Part shown: in pieces, positions 39,162-48,529 of the stretch | How the letters are laid out: each line of letters starts with the position of its first letter | Position numbering within the stretch: position 1 is the first letter of the stretch | From: Dehalococcoidia bacterium | GTDB taxonomy: Bacteria; Chloroflexota; Dehalococcoidia; UBA2979 | Direction: 5' to 3' | NCBI GenBank assembly: GCA_963667465.2 | Contig: CAXXDN010000002.1 | Span: 1,216,001 to 1,280,000 of the forward strand | Length of the DNA stretch: 64,000 nt | Notes under the pieces: model-generated | Told to the model about the DNA's origin: nothing | Seen by the model: the letters and a program-made list of their open reading frames with translations, nothing else | Database searches by the model: none | Made by a program: the position numbers and the translations under genes

Positions 39162-40313
39162 CTACCCCGGCATCTGCTGCGCGATCTGGTAGATCTTTCC
39201 CTCCGTCTTGATCGAGGGGGCGATGACCATCCTCGCGGCGTGGAAGTCGGCGATGGACTGGGCGCCACACGTGGCCATCGAGGTGCGCAGGGCGCCGACG
39301 AGGTTCTCGGTGCCGTCCGTGCGCGAGGTCGGGCCGAAGAGCAGCGTGTCCAGCGTCCGCGGCTGGCCGACGTGCACGCGCACGCCTCGAGGCAGCTCCG
39401 CGTGCGGAGTCGCCATGCCCCAGTGGTAGCCGCGGCCCGGCGCCTCCTTCGTCGCGGCGAAGGGGGAGCCGATCATGACCGCGTCGGCCCCGGCGCAGAT
39501 CGACTTCGAGAGGTCGCCGCCGGTGCGGATGCCGCCGTCCGTAATGATCGGCACGTAGCGGCCCGTCTGCTCGTGGTAGAGGTCGCGCGCGTAGGCCGTG
39601 TCGAGCGTCGCGCTGACCTGCGGGATGCCGATGCCCAGCACCTCGCGCGAGGTGCACGCCGCCCCCGGCCCCACGCCGACGAGGATCGCGTGGATGCCCG
39701 TCTCCATCAGCTCCAGCGCCGCACCCGTGTCGACCGTGTTGCCGACGAGTACGGGGAGAGGGTCGATCTGCTCGACGAGCTCGTCGAGGCGCAGGCCGCG
39801 CAGGGAGCGCGAGACGTGGCGGGCGGTGGTGACGGTGGACTGCACGGCGAAGAAGCTGGCCCCCGCGTCCCTGGCGACGGGGGCAAGGCGCTTCGTGTTC
39901 TGCGGCGTGGCGCTCACGGCGGCGACGCCGCCGAGCTCGATAATCTCCTCGATACGCCGCCCGACGAGGTCGTCGCGAATCGGCTGCGAGTAGACGTGCT
40001 GGATGATCTCGGTCGAGTGATCGAGGTTGGCGGCGGCGATCTCCTCGTAAATGCCCGCGGTGTCCTCGTAGCGCGTTTGCACGCCCTCGAGGTTGAGGAC
40101 GGCGAGGCCGCCCGCCTTCGTGAGGGCGCCGGCGAAGGAGGGGTCGACGACGGCGTCCATCGCCGAGGCGAGGATCGGGACGGGGAAGGAGTGCGCGCCG
40201 AGGGTGAAGGCCGGCTCGACGAGATCGGGGTTGGTGGTGACGGCGCCGGGGACGATCGCGACATCGTCGAATCCCCAGGCGCGCTCAAGGCTCTTGCGCT
40301 CTGCTGCCGTCAT
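39162..40313 (-). CDS. guaB3: GuaB3-family IMP dehydrogenase-related protein
   Basis: ASAMD, LNLEG, GVGPGAACT, TDGGIRTGGD, HWGMA. Confidence 0.92.
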   Translation of the reverse strand: MTAAERKSLERAWGFDDVAIVPGAVTTNPDLVEPAFTLGAHSFPVPILASAMDAVVDPSFAGALTKAGGLAVLNLEGVQTRYEDTAGIYEEIAAANLDHSTEIIQHVYSQPIRDDLVGRRIEEIIELGGVAAVSATPQNTKRLAPVARDAGASFFAVQSTVTTARHVSRSLRGLRLDELVEQIDPLPVLVGNTVDTGAALELMETGIHAILVGVGPGAACTSREVLGIGIPQVSATLDTAYARDLYHEQTGRYVPIITDGGIRTGGDLSKSICAGADAVMIGSPFAATKEAPGRGYHWGMATPHAELPRGVRVHVGQPRTLDTLLFGPTSRTDGTENLVGALRTSMATCGAQSIADFHAARMVIAPSIKTEGKIYQIAQQMPG

Positions 40314-40394
40314 CGTCGTGGCCCCTCCCCCGTCACGCTCAGGTGACTCTGAGCGGCGGGCACTGCGATCGGGGAGAGTGCCTGGAGGCGCAGA

Positions 40395-40530
40395 TACACA
40401 AAGACCCCGCCGCGGGGGAGGGGTCTTGCCCGGGATGCGCCCGAGGACTTCGATAGCCAGGTTGTCGCATGGGTCCCGCCACGGTCACCCTGCTTTTGAG
40501 GATGGTAGGGCCACCCCGATCGGGGGTCAA
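40395..40530 (-). promoter_or_regulatory. guaB3 promoter and leader with intrinsic terminator (riboswitch/attenuator candidate)
   Basis: TTGACC-17-TACCAT (40530-40502); two hairpins, then aagacccc...ggggtctt-tgtgt terminator about 85 nt before ATG. Confidence 0.6.
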
Positions 40531-40590
40531 TGTCGGGGCCCCCGAAACGCGCGAACCGGGCCTCGGCGGGCCGCGAGCATCGCGCGAGGG

Positions 40591-41316
40591 CTACCGCACC
40601 GGGCGCGCGTACCAGCCCCGCCAGACCGCCTTGCGGCGGCGCAGCAACGCGATGAACAGCGGGTTCGTCCAGATCAGAATCCGCCACAGCGGCCACTTGT
40701 CGAACCGCCGCGTCGAGGGCTGGACGCGCGGCTGCCGGATGAGCGCGACCTTGCGCCCCGTGTCGCGCGCGAGCCGCTTGAGGCTCCGGTAGAAGTCGGA
40801 GTCCTCGCCGATCCACGCCGTCTCGTCGTAGCCGCCGGCCTCCTCGAAGGCGGACGCGCGGCAGAACTGCGCGGCGCCCTGCGCCATGCGCGTGAGCCGC
40901 GCGAGCAGCCGCGAGGCGCGCAGGTAGAGCCTCGCGAGGCGGCGCTGCGGCCGGTAGTCGACGGCGACGGCGCCGCCGAGGCAGGTCGGGTCGTCCAGCA
41001 CCGCATGGATCGCCTGGAGGAACGTGGGCGGCACGATCACGTCGGCGTCGACGAAGACGAGCACGTCGCCCTCGGCGTGGCGGGCGCCCGCGTTACGTGC
41101 GCGCGCGATGCCCTGCCCGGGCTCGTGGATCACCCTCGCGCCCCCCACGAGGGCGACGGCGGCGGTCCGGTCGGTGCTGTTGTTGTCGACGACGATCGTC
41201 TCGACCGTCCCATCGATGCGGTCGAGCAGGCGGGTTGCGGCGACCTCGATCGAGTCGAGCGTGGCGGCCACGTAGTCCGCTTCGTTGAAGGCCGGGACGA
41301 TGATCGAGAGCCTCAC
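40591..41316 (-). CDS. Glycosyltransferase family 2
   Basis: SIIVPAFNE, VVDNNSTD, FVDAD, GED. Confidence 0.9.
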   Translation of the reverse strand: MRLSIIVPAFNEADYVAATLDSIEVAATRLLDRIDGTVETIVVDNNSTDRTAAVALVGGARVIHEPGQGIARARNAGARHAEGDVLVFVDADVIVPPTFLQAIHAVLDDPTCLGGAVAVDYRPQRRLARLYLRASRLLARLTRMAQGAAQFCRASAFEEAGGYDETAWIGEDSDFYRSLKRLARDTGRKVALIRQPRVQPSTRRFDKWPLWRILIWTNPLFIALLRRRKAVWRGWYARPVR

Positions 41317-41400
41317 GGGAACGCAGCGTACCGCGACGCCCCGCTGTGCGGCAGTGTGCGGCAGGTGGCCCTGCGGGGTGCAGGTGCTACGATTCGAGCG

Positions 41401-43068
41401 ATGGCTGAGACGGTCCTCGCCGCGGTCGCGTGGCCCTATGCAAACAGCGCGCTGCACGCGGGCCAGATCGCCGGCGCATACCTGCCTGCCGACATCTTCT
41501 CCCGCTACCACCGCATGCGCGGCGACCGCACGCTGATGGTCTCGGGCTCCGACGTGCACGGCACCCCCGTGACGATCCGCGCCGAGGAGGAGGGCTCTAC
41601 CCCCGAGGCCGTGATCGAGCGCGCCCACGCCTCCTTCCTCGACACCTTTGAGCGCTTCGGCATCTCGTTCGACCTGTTCACCTCGACCGGCACGGCGAAC
41701 CACGCCGCGGTGACGCAGGACCTCTTCCTGCGCCTCCACGAGCAGGGCCACATCTACGAGGCCGAGATGACGATGCTGTTCGACCCCGAGGCCGAACGCT
41801 TCCTGCCCGATCGTTATGTCGAAGGTGAGTGCCCCTACTGTGGCTACGACGGCGCGCGCGGCGACCAGTGCGACGAGTGCGGACGCACGATGGACGCCCT
41901 CGAGTTGATCGCGCCGCGCTCCCGGCTCTCCGAGGCGACCCCGGAGCCGCGCCGGACCAACCACTGCTTCCTCAAACTCAGCGAGTTCAACGACCAGTTG
42001 CTCGAGTGGGTCGATCCGCAGACACACTGGCGGCCGGCCGTGCGCAACTTCACGCTCGGCCTGTTGCGCGAGGGACTGCACGACCGCGCGATCACGCGCG
42101 ACATCGAGTGGGGCGTGCCCGTACCCCTCGAGGGCTGGGACGAGAAGCGCATCTACGTCTGGTTCGAGGCGGTGATCGGCTACCTCTCCGCGACGAAGGA
42201 GTGGGCGCAGAACTCGGGGCAGCCGGACGCCTGGGAGGCGTGGTGGAAGGATCCGGCGGCGCGGACCGTCTACTTCCAGGGCAAGGACAACGTCCCCTTC
42301 CACACCACCATCTGGCCGGCCATGCTGCTCGGCTACGGCGGCCTCAACCTGCCCTACGACGTCCCCGCGAACCAGTACGTCACGATCTCCGGCTCGAAAG
42401 CCTCGTCCTCGCGCAACTGGGCGATCTGGATGCCGGACTACCTCGACCGCCACGACCCGGACCCGCTGCGCTACGGGCTGACCGCGATGATGCCCGAGAC
42501 CTCCGACACGGACTTCACGTGGGCCGAATACGTGCGCCGCAACAACGACGAACTGGTCGCGCGCTGGGGCAACCTCGTGCACCGCGTGCTCACCCTGACG
42601 CGACGTCACTTCGACGCGCGCGTACCGGGCGCCGAGGCAGCGCCCTCGGCGGGGTCGGCGGCGCTGCTCGCGCGCGTCGACGCGGCCTTCGAGGAGGTCG
42701 GCGCGCACATCGACGGGCTGCGCCTGCGCGCAGCCCTGCAGACCGCGATGGGCGTCGCGCAGGAGGCGAACCGCTACCTCGATGAGCGCGCACCGTGGGC
42801 GGCCGTGCGCGAGGACCGCGAGTCGGCGGCGGAGACGCTCTCGACGGCGATCCAGGCGATCGCCGGGCTGGCCACGCTGCTGCAGCCGTTCCTGCCCTTC
42901 ACCTCGCCGCGCGCGTGGGCCCTCGCCGGCTGCGAGGGCGACATCGAGGCGGCGGGCTGGACTCGCACGCCCGTCGCGCCGGGCACGCCCCTGCCCGAGC
43001 CGGCGCCGCTGTTCCGCAAGCTCGACGAGTCGCTGGTCGACGAAGAAGAGGCGCGGCTCGGCCAGTAG
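41401..43068 (+). CDS. metG: Methionine--tRNA ligase
   Basis: WPYAN..HAGQ (HIGH-like), SGSDVHGTP, CPYC/CDEC knuckle, YVWFEA, KASSS. Confidence 0.96.
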   Translation: MAETVLAAVAWPYANSALHAGQIAGAYLPADIFSRYHRMRGDRTLMVSGSDVHGTPVTIRAEEEGSTPEAVIERAHASFLDTFERFGISFDLFTSTGTANHAAVTQDLFLRLHEQGHIYEAEMTMLFDPEAERFLPDRYVEGECPYCGYDGARGDQCDECGRTMDALELIAPRSRLSEATPEPRRTNHCFLKLSEFNDQLLEWVDPQTHWRPAVRNFTLGLLREGLHDRAITRDIEWGVPVPLEGWDEKRIYVWFEAVIGYLSATKEWAQNSGQPDAWEAWWKDPAARTVYFQGKDNVPFHTTIWPAMLLGYGGLNLPYDVPANQYVTISGSKASSSRNWAIWMPDYLDRHDPDPLRYGLTAMMPETSDTDFTWAEYVRRNNDELVARWGNLVHRVLTLTRRHFDARVPGAEAAPSAGSAALLARVDAAFEEVGAHIDGLRLRAALQTAMGVAQEANRYLDERAPWAAVREDRESAAETLSTAIQAIAGLATLLQPFLPFTSPRAWALAGCEGDIEAAGWTRTPVAPGTPLPEPAPLFRKLDESLVDEEEARLGQ

Positions 43069-43094
43069 GCCGGGCAACGGAGGACGAGCACACG

Positions 43095-43910
43095 ATGAGC
43101 CCCCTCGACGCCCCGATCGTCGACGCACACGCACACACCTGGTCCGGCGCGTTCTCCGAGGACCACGCCGAGGTGATGGAGCGCGCCTGGGGCTCCGGCC
43201 TCACCGCCGTCGTCGAGGTCGGCGGCAGCGCGCCGAGCAGCGAGGAGGCGTACGCCCTCGCCGCGGCCGACGAGCGGGTCCACGCCGTCGCCGGGCTGCA
43301 CCCGCACCGTGCGAAGGACCTGCCGGAGCAGCGCGAGCAGCTGCACGAGCAGGCGCACAGCGGGCGCTTCGTCGGCCTCGGCGAGATGGGGCTGGACTTC
43401 TACCGCAATCTCTCGCCGCACGACATCCAGTACGAGGCCTTCCGTTACCAGTTGGACCTGGCGCGCGAGGCCTCGCTGCCCGTCGTGATCCACAGCCGCG
43501 ACTCCGACGAGGAGTCGTACGCGGTGATCGAGGAATGGGCGCGCCACTCGGGGCGCTACCTGGGGCCGGACCGCGAGATCGGGATGATGCACTGCTACGC
43601 GGGCGACGCGGAGCTGGGTGAGCGCTACCGCGCGCTCGGCTTCCTGCTCTCGATTCCCGGCCCCGTCACCTACCCGGGCGGCACGCAGCGCCAGAACGTC
43701 GCGAGGACGGCGCCGCTCGAGCAGCTGCTGGTCGAGACCGATGCACCGGCACTGACGCCGCAGTCGCATCGCGGGCGGCGCAACGAGCCGGCCTACCTCC
43801 TCGAGACGATCGCCTTCGTCGCGCAGCTGCGCGGCGACACGCCGGAGCACGTGGCGCGCGTCACGGCCGGGAACGCCGCGCGGCTCTTTGGCTTCGAGCT
43901 GCCTCGATGA
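43095..43910 (+). CDS. tatD: TatD family nuclease
   Basis: DAHAH, GLHPH, GEMGLD, IHSR, VETDAP. Confidence 0.93.
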   Translation: MSPLDAPIVDAHAHTWSGAFSEDHAEVMERAWGSGLTAVVEVGGSAPSSEEAYALAAADERVHAVAGLHPHRAKDLPEQREQLHEQAHSGRFVGLGEMGLDFYRNLSPHDIQYEAFRYQLDLAREASLPVVIHSRDSDEESYAVIEEWARHSGRYLGPDREIGMMHCYAGDAELGERYRALGFLLSIPGPVTYPGGTQRQNVARTAPLEQLLVETDAPALTPQSHRGRRNEPAYLLETIAFVAQLRGDTPEHVARVTAGNAARLFGFELPR

Positions 43911-44884
43911 CCGCGCCGGCCAGCCAGTTCGAGGTCTACGGCCCCGTCGCGGACGACCTGCCGCGCGTCGACGAGCTGCTCGACTCGCTGCGCGATGTCG
44001 AGTTTCCGTGGCTGCGCGAGATGCTGGGCGCGGTGCTCGGCGGCGGCGGCAAGCGGTTGCGGCCGGCGCTGACGCTGCTCGCGGGGCGCCTCGGGCGCTA
44101 CGACCTCGACCTGCTCGTGCCGATGGCCGCGAGCGTCGAGCTGCTGCACACGGCGACGCTCGTCCACGACGACGTGATCGACCAGGCGGAGGAGCGGCGA
44201 GGGCGGCCGACGGTGGCCGCGCAGTTCAACAACGGGCCGAGCGTGATGCTCGGCGACTACATGTTCGCTCACGCCGCCCACTTCGTGGCGCTGACCGGCA
44301 ACCTGCGCGTGGTCCGCAACTTCGCCGAGACGCTGCGCGTCATGGCGCGCGGCGAGCTGAGCCAGGACCTCGCGGCCTACGAGTATTCGCCGGACGTGCG
44401 GCGCTACCTCGATCGCATCCATGGCAAGACCGCCTCGCTCTTTGCCACCGCCGCCGAGGGCGGGGCGATCGTGTGCGACGCGCCCGAGCCGCTCATCGAG
44501 CCGGTCCGCCGGTTCGGCGAGCAGCTCGGCATGGCCTTCCAGGTGGTCGACGACGTGCTCGACTTCAGCGCTACGGCCGAGGAGCTCGGCAAGCCGGTCG
44601 GGTCCGACTTGCTGGCCGGAACGCTGACGCTGCCCGCGCTGCTCTACCTGGACCGCTACCCTGAGGACAACCCGATCCGGCGCGCCTTCGCGGGCGTCCG
44701 CAGACGGGCGAACCTGCAACGCGCGATCAGCGAGATCCGCGAGTCCGGGCTCCTCGAGGAGTCGATGGAGACGGCGCAGCGCTTCGCCGAGCAGGCTGCG
44801 GCGTCGCTTGAGCCGCTCCCCGGCGGCCAGCCGCGCGAAACCTTCGAGTCTCTGACGGAGTACGTGCTCGCGCGTCGCAGCTGA
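43907..44884 (+). CDS. Polyprenyl diphosphate synthase
   Basis: GGKRLRP, HDDVID...RRG, FQVVDDVLD. Confidence 0.93.
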   Translation: MTAPASQFEVYGPVADDLPRVDELLDSLRDVEFPWLREMLGAVLGGGGKRLRPALTLLAGRLGRYDLDLLVPMAASVELLHTATLVHDDVIDQAEERRGRPTVAAQFNNGPSVMLGDYMFAHAAHFVALTGNLRVVRNFAETLRVMARGELSQDLAAYEYSPDVRRYLDRIHGKTASLFATAAEGGAIVCDAPEPLIEPVRRFGEQLGMAFQVVDDVLDFSATAEELGKPVGSDLLAGTLTLPALLYLDRYPEDNPIRRAFAGVRRRANLQRAISEIRESGLLEESMETAQRFAEQAAASLEPLPGGQPRETFESLTEYVLARRS

Positions 44885-44923
44885 GGCGCTGCGCGGGGCA
44901 ACTCAGACCTCGGGAGTCAGAGG

Positions 44924-45337
44924 CTACGAGGCGCCCTTGCCCTCACCGCGCGCGCGGCGGCGGCCACGCGAGCCGCTGCCCTTGACGCGCTCGCGGACCT
45001 GCACCGCGGCCTTCCTCGCGGCGACTTCCTCGGCCGTAACCTTCGTGGCGGCGGGCACGACGCGCGGATCCTTCACGAGGAAGGGCTCCATCTTCGTCAT
45101 GTCGTTCGTCTGCATCGGCTTCGTGGACTGCCCCTTGGGCGTCCAGTAGAGGTTCTGGTCCGGGATGCGGCGCGGCATCCCGCCGCGCATGGTGAAGGCG
45201 TGCACCTCGGTCGGCATGAGGCGCCGGCCGTCGCCGTCGCAGACGACGCACGGCTGCGGGTCCGAAGACTCGCGCACAGGGCGAATCAGCTCGAAGATGC
45301 CGTCGCAACCTTCGCAGTAGTACTCGTAGAGCGGCAT
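44924..45337 (-). CDS. FmdB-family zinc ribbon protein
   Basis: MPLYEYYCEGC...CVVC. Confidence 0.85.
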   Translation of the reverse strand: MPLYEYYCEGCDGIFELIRPVRESSDPQPCVVCDGDGRRLMPTEVHAFTMRGGMPRRIPDQNLYWTPKGQSTKPMQTNDMTKMEPFLVKDPRVVPAATKVTAEEVAARKAAVQVRERVKGSGSRGRRRARGEGKGAS

Positions 45338-45360
45338 GCCGCGTCTCCTCGATCCGTCAG

Positions 45361-46227
45361 TCAGGCGTTCAGGTTGTCCCGCTCAGTATACGCGGGCAAC
45401 GGCTCAGCCGATGCACTCCCCGCAGGCGCCACCGCAGACGACTCGTCGCCGTCCGCCGCCCGAGGCGTCTGGCGCACCTCGGAGAGGAAGCGCGCGCTGC
45501 CCAGATCGCGCTCGGCCATCGCGCGCATCAGCTCGTGCATCACCCGCTCCAGGCCGGAGGCGAGCTCAGGCGTAAGGCGCACGCGCGCGGCCTCCTCGTA
45601 CGGCTCCTGCTGGATGTAGCGCAGCACCTTCAGCACGGAGGCGTCGATCGGCCCCGCCTCCGGGTGCGAGCCCCGGCAGGCCGTGCAGATCACGCCTCCG
45701 GCGAGCGGCGACCAGGCCAGGGTTTCGAGCGAGACCGGCTCCCCGCAGGCGGCGCAGTTGCGCCACTCCGGCCGAAAGCCCGTCGCATCGAGCAGCCCCA
45801 GCTCGAACGACCTCGCGACGAGCTGCTCGCCGTCACCCCGCGCGAGGCGCAGCAGCGCGACCAACAGCAGGCGGTAGACGGCGTCCGCCTCGGCATGCTC
45901 GACGGTGAAGCGGTCGGCGAGCTCGAGCAGGTAGAACGCGAGGCTGAGCCTGTCGAGGTCGTCGCGAATCGTGGCGAAGCCCTCGATCGTCTGGGCCTGG
46001 GTGATGATGTCGAGGTTGCGGCCGTGGGCGAGCAGCACCTCGGCGTGGGTCACCGGCTCCAGGTGACCCGCGAGCCTGCTCCGCGGGCGCAGCGCGCCCT
46101 TGGCGATCGCGTCGATCTTCCCGCGCGCGGGGGTGAGCAGCGTGACGATGCGATCGCTGTCGCCGAAGCGCCGGTGGCGGATCACCACCGCCTCGCTGCG
46201 GGTAACGCGGGGGGCGCGCGCGGGCAT
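45361..46227 (-). CDS. recO: DNA repair protein RecO
   Basis: DSDRIVTLLT..GK..AKG; CAAC..CTAC zinc finger. Confidence 0.93.
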   Translation of the reverse strand: MPARAPRVTRSEAVVIRHRRFGDSDRIVTLLTPARGKIDAIAKGALRPRSRLAGHLEPVTHAEVLLAHGRNLDIITQAQTIEGFATIRDDLDRLSLAFYLLELADRFTVEHAEADAVYRLLLVALLRLARGDGEQLVARSFELGLLDATGFRPEWRNCAACGEPVSLETLAWSPLAGGVICTACRGSHPEAGPIDASVLKVLRYIQQEPYEEAARVRLTPELASGLERVMHELMRAMAERDLGSARFLSEVRQTPRAADGDESSAVAPAGSASAEPLPAYTERDNLNA

Positions 46228-46244
46228 GGTTACAGGTTAAACGA

Positions 46245-46272
46245 CGGGAGCCGGCCCGCGGGCCGGCTCCCG
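46245..46272 (-). terminator. Hairpin terminator after SBP (second copy at 48481-48508)
   Basis: cgggagccggcc-cgcg-ggccggctcccg. Confidence 0.75.
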
Positions 46273-46293
46273 GTTCTCTCGCCTCGTGCGGGT

Positions 46294-48294
46294 CTAGCCG
46301 CGGAGGTCCACCGTGAGAGTCTGATCCACGTTCTCGTTGTCGAGCCACGTCTTGTGGAAGGCGTAGCCCCAGTCCCAGAAGCTGTGGAGGCCGATGTACG
46401 GACCGTGGAAGCGCACAAAGCGCACTTCCGGCCGCACGATGAAGATGCCTGCCGAGGCCGGCACCTTGTCCATCCAGTACGCCTCCTCGTTCATCTGGTC
46501 GATGATCTGCGTGAACATCTCGCGCCGCGCGTCCGTGTCGAACTCACCGAACTGCTTGTCGGCAAGCTCGTCGATGACCGGGTCCACGATGTTGAAGTGC
46601 TGCGTCGTCGACTGGGAGTGGATGTTCTCCCAGAAGTACCCGTTCGCGGTCGGAGCCGCGGTCGACCAGCCCTGGATCATCTCCGACTCCCGCGCCTCAG
46701 GGTCGGAGAAGCCCTGGCTGTAGTAGTGCTTCGAGAAGGCGGCGCCGTCGGCCGGCAGCAACTCCGGCGCGAAGCCGAGCGCCCGCATGTCCTCGAAGAT
46801 CAGCTCCGTGTCCGGGCCCAACCCTGCGAATCCGAGCGGAGAGCGGTGGCGAACCGTGAGTCCCGGCTCGACGCCGGCCGCCGCGAGCAGCTGTGCCGCC
46901 TGCTCCGGGTCGTACGCGCCGGTGCTGCCGAAGGCGTCGCGGCCCGGGTACGAGTCGGAGTAGAACGGCCAGCCGAAGGCGGGCAGCGCGTCCGGCCACT
47001 TCTGACCCGGGTAGCGGATCGCCAGGTAGCGGTCCACGTCCATGCCGAGCTTGAGGGCGCGGCGCACGCGCGTGTCGTTGAAGGGCGCGACGTTGGAGTT
47101 CACCGCGTAGATCGAGATGCCCATCAGCGACGGGTTGTTCATCACGTTCATGCCCGGGACGCTGCCCCACAGCGCGTCCAGTTCCTCTGTCCGCAGGGTG
47201 GGCAGACCGTGGTGCGTCTGCCCGGTGCGGAACGCGGCCTTGCGTGTCTCGGGGTCCTGGATCGTGTCGAAGTGGAACGCGTCCAGCAGCGGCGCGCCGC
47301 CCCAGTAGTCGGGGTTGCCCACGAACACCATCCGCTGGTCCTGGACCGTGTTCTCCTTGTCGAGGATGCCGGGGCCGGTGCCGATCGGCGTCGTGTCCGC
47401 GATCCCGGCGTCGTAGACCTCCGGCGGGTAGATCGGCGTCTCGCGGTTGCCCGCCACGACGAGGATGTCCGCGTTTGCCTTCGACATGTTGAAGCGCACC
47501 GTGCGGTCGTCCACCGCCTCGGCAGACTCGAGGCCGAGCAGCAGGCCGGCCTGGCGGCCGCTCTGCATGCGCGTGTAGGCCTGCGCCACGTCGTTGGCGA
47601 CCATCGCCCGGCCGTTCACGGGCGCCACGTTGTGGTAGTTCGCCTCACGCAGCGCGAAGGTCAGCGTCAGACCGTCCGGCGCAACTTCCCACCCGGTGGC
47701 GAGGCCGAAGTCCGGGTTGAGCTCCATCTGGTAGACGTTGAAGTCCGGGCCCTGGTGGTACCCGACGAGCATGTCGCCAACCATCGTGTTGGTCGACTGC
47801 GTCAGACCGCCACCCGAGGTGATGTTGTCGAAGCTCGAGTGGATCAGCGATGTGCCGTACGTGAGGATGCCGCCGGCGACCGGCTTCTTGTCCGGCTCCG
47901 CCCAACCGTAGGCGAAGGGCGCGCCGTCAGTGCGGGCATTGCCGATGTAGTCGTAGGACGGCTCGGTCGGATACCCGGCGCCCTCCGGCGTGGGGGCCGG
48001 AGTGGCCGTCGCCGTGGCGCCCGCCGCCGCTGTCGGCGTCGGCGTCGGCTCGGGCGTCGCGGTCCGCACGATGGCAGCGGTCGGGACGGGAGTCGCCGAG
48101 GCGGTCGGCGCCGCCGCCTGCGTCGGCGCCGGAGTTGCCGCCGGAGCGTCGTCGTCGTCGTCGCCGCAGCCGATCAAGGCTGCTGCCGTCAGGCCGACCG
48201 CGCCGATGACGCCGCCGCGGATGACGCTGCGGCGGCTGACGCGAGACCCGATCAGCCTGGACAGCCCCTGCCCGTTGCTTGCTTGTTCTGTCAT
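46294..48294 (-). CDS. Family 5 ABC substrate-binding Tat lipoprotein (copy 2)
   Basis: SRRSVIRG Tat motif, LIGC lipobox, PIGTGP, RVRRAL. Confidence 0.9.
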   Translation of the reverse strand: MTEQASNGQGLSRLIGSRVSRRSVIRGGVIGAVGLTAAALIGCGDDDDDAPAATPAPTQAAAPTASATPVPTAAIVRTATPEPTPTPTAAAGATATATPAPTPEGAGYPTEPSYDYIGNARTDGAPFAYGWAEPDKKPVAGGILTYGTSLIHSSFDNITSGGGLTQSTNTMVGDMLVGYHQGPDFNVYQMELNPDFGLATGWEVAPDGLTLTFALREANYHNVAPVNGRAMVANDVAQAYTRMQSGRQAGLLLGLESAEAVDDRTVRFNMSKANADILVVAGNRETPIYPPEVYDAGIADTTPIGTGPGILDKENTVQDQRMVFVGNPDYWGGAPLLDAFHFDTIQDPETRKAAFRTGQTHHGLPTLRTEELDALWGSVPGMNVMNNPSLMGISIYAVNSNVAPFNDTRVRRALKLGMDVDRYLAIRYPGQKWPDALPAFGWPFYSDSYPGRDAFGSTGAYDPEQAAQLLAAAGVEPGLTVRHRSPLGFAGLGPDTELIFEDMRALGFAPELLPADGAAFSKHYYSQGFSDPEARESEMIQGWSTAAPTANGYFWENIHSQSTTQHFNIVDPVIDELADKQFGEFDTDARREMFTQIIDQMNEEAYWMDKVPASAGIFIVRPEVRFVRFHGPYIGLHSFWDWGYAFHKTWLDNENVDQTLTVDLRG

Positions 48295-48529
48295 GGGTCC
48301 TCCTCGATCACGAACCGAAACCTGCTTCGCAGGCCTTCTGATCGCTGCACGCTCCGCGCTACGGTACGGTTCTGTGCAACCCCGCGCAAGTGCGGACAAC
48401 ATCGCCGGACTACGATTATCCGGCGCCCTGTTCCGGTGTAACGCGGGGGGCGCGCGCGGGCATGGTTACAGGTTAAACGACGGGAGCCGGCCCGCGGGCC
48501 GGCTCCCGGTTCTCTCGCCTCGTGCGGGT

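Noticed and set aside
40395-40500. Assignment of the guaB3 leader to purine, ZTP or ykkC riboswitch
   Set aside because: Only short partial matches; core consensus elements not found by eye
40093-41400. 991-aa MetG or 847-aa glycosyltransferase fusion
   Set aside because: Extensions are antisense to neighbouring genes; real starts are 41401 and 41316
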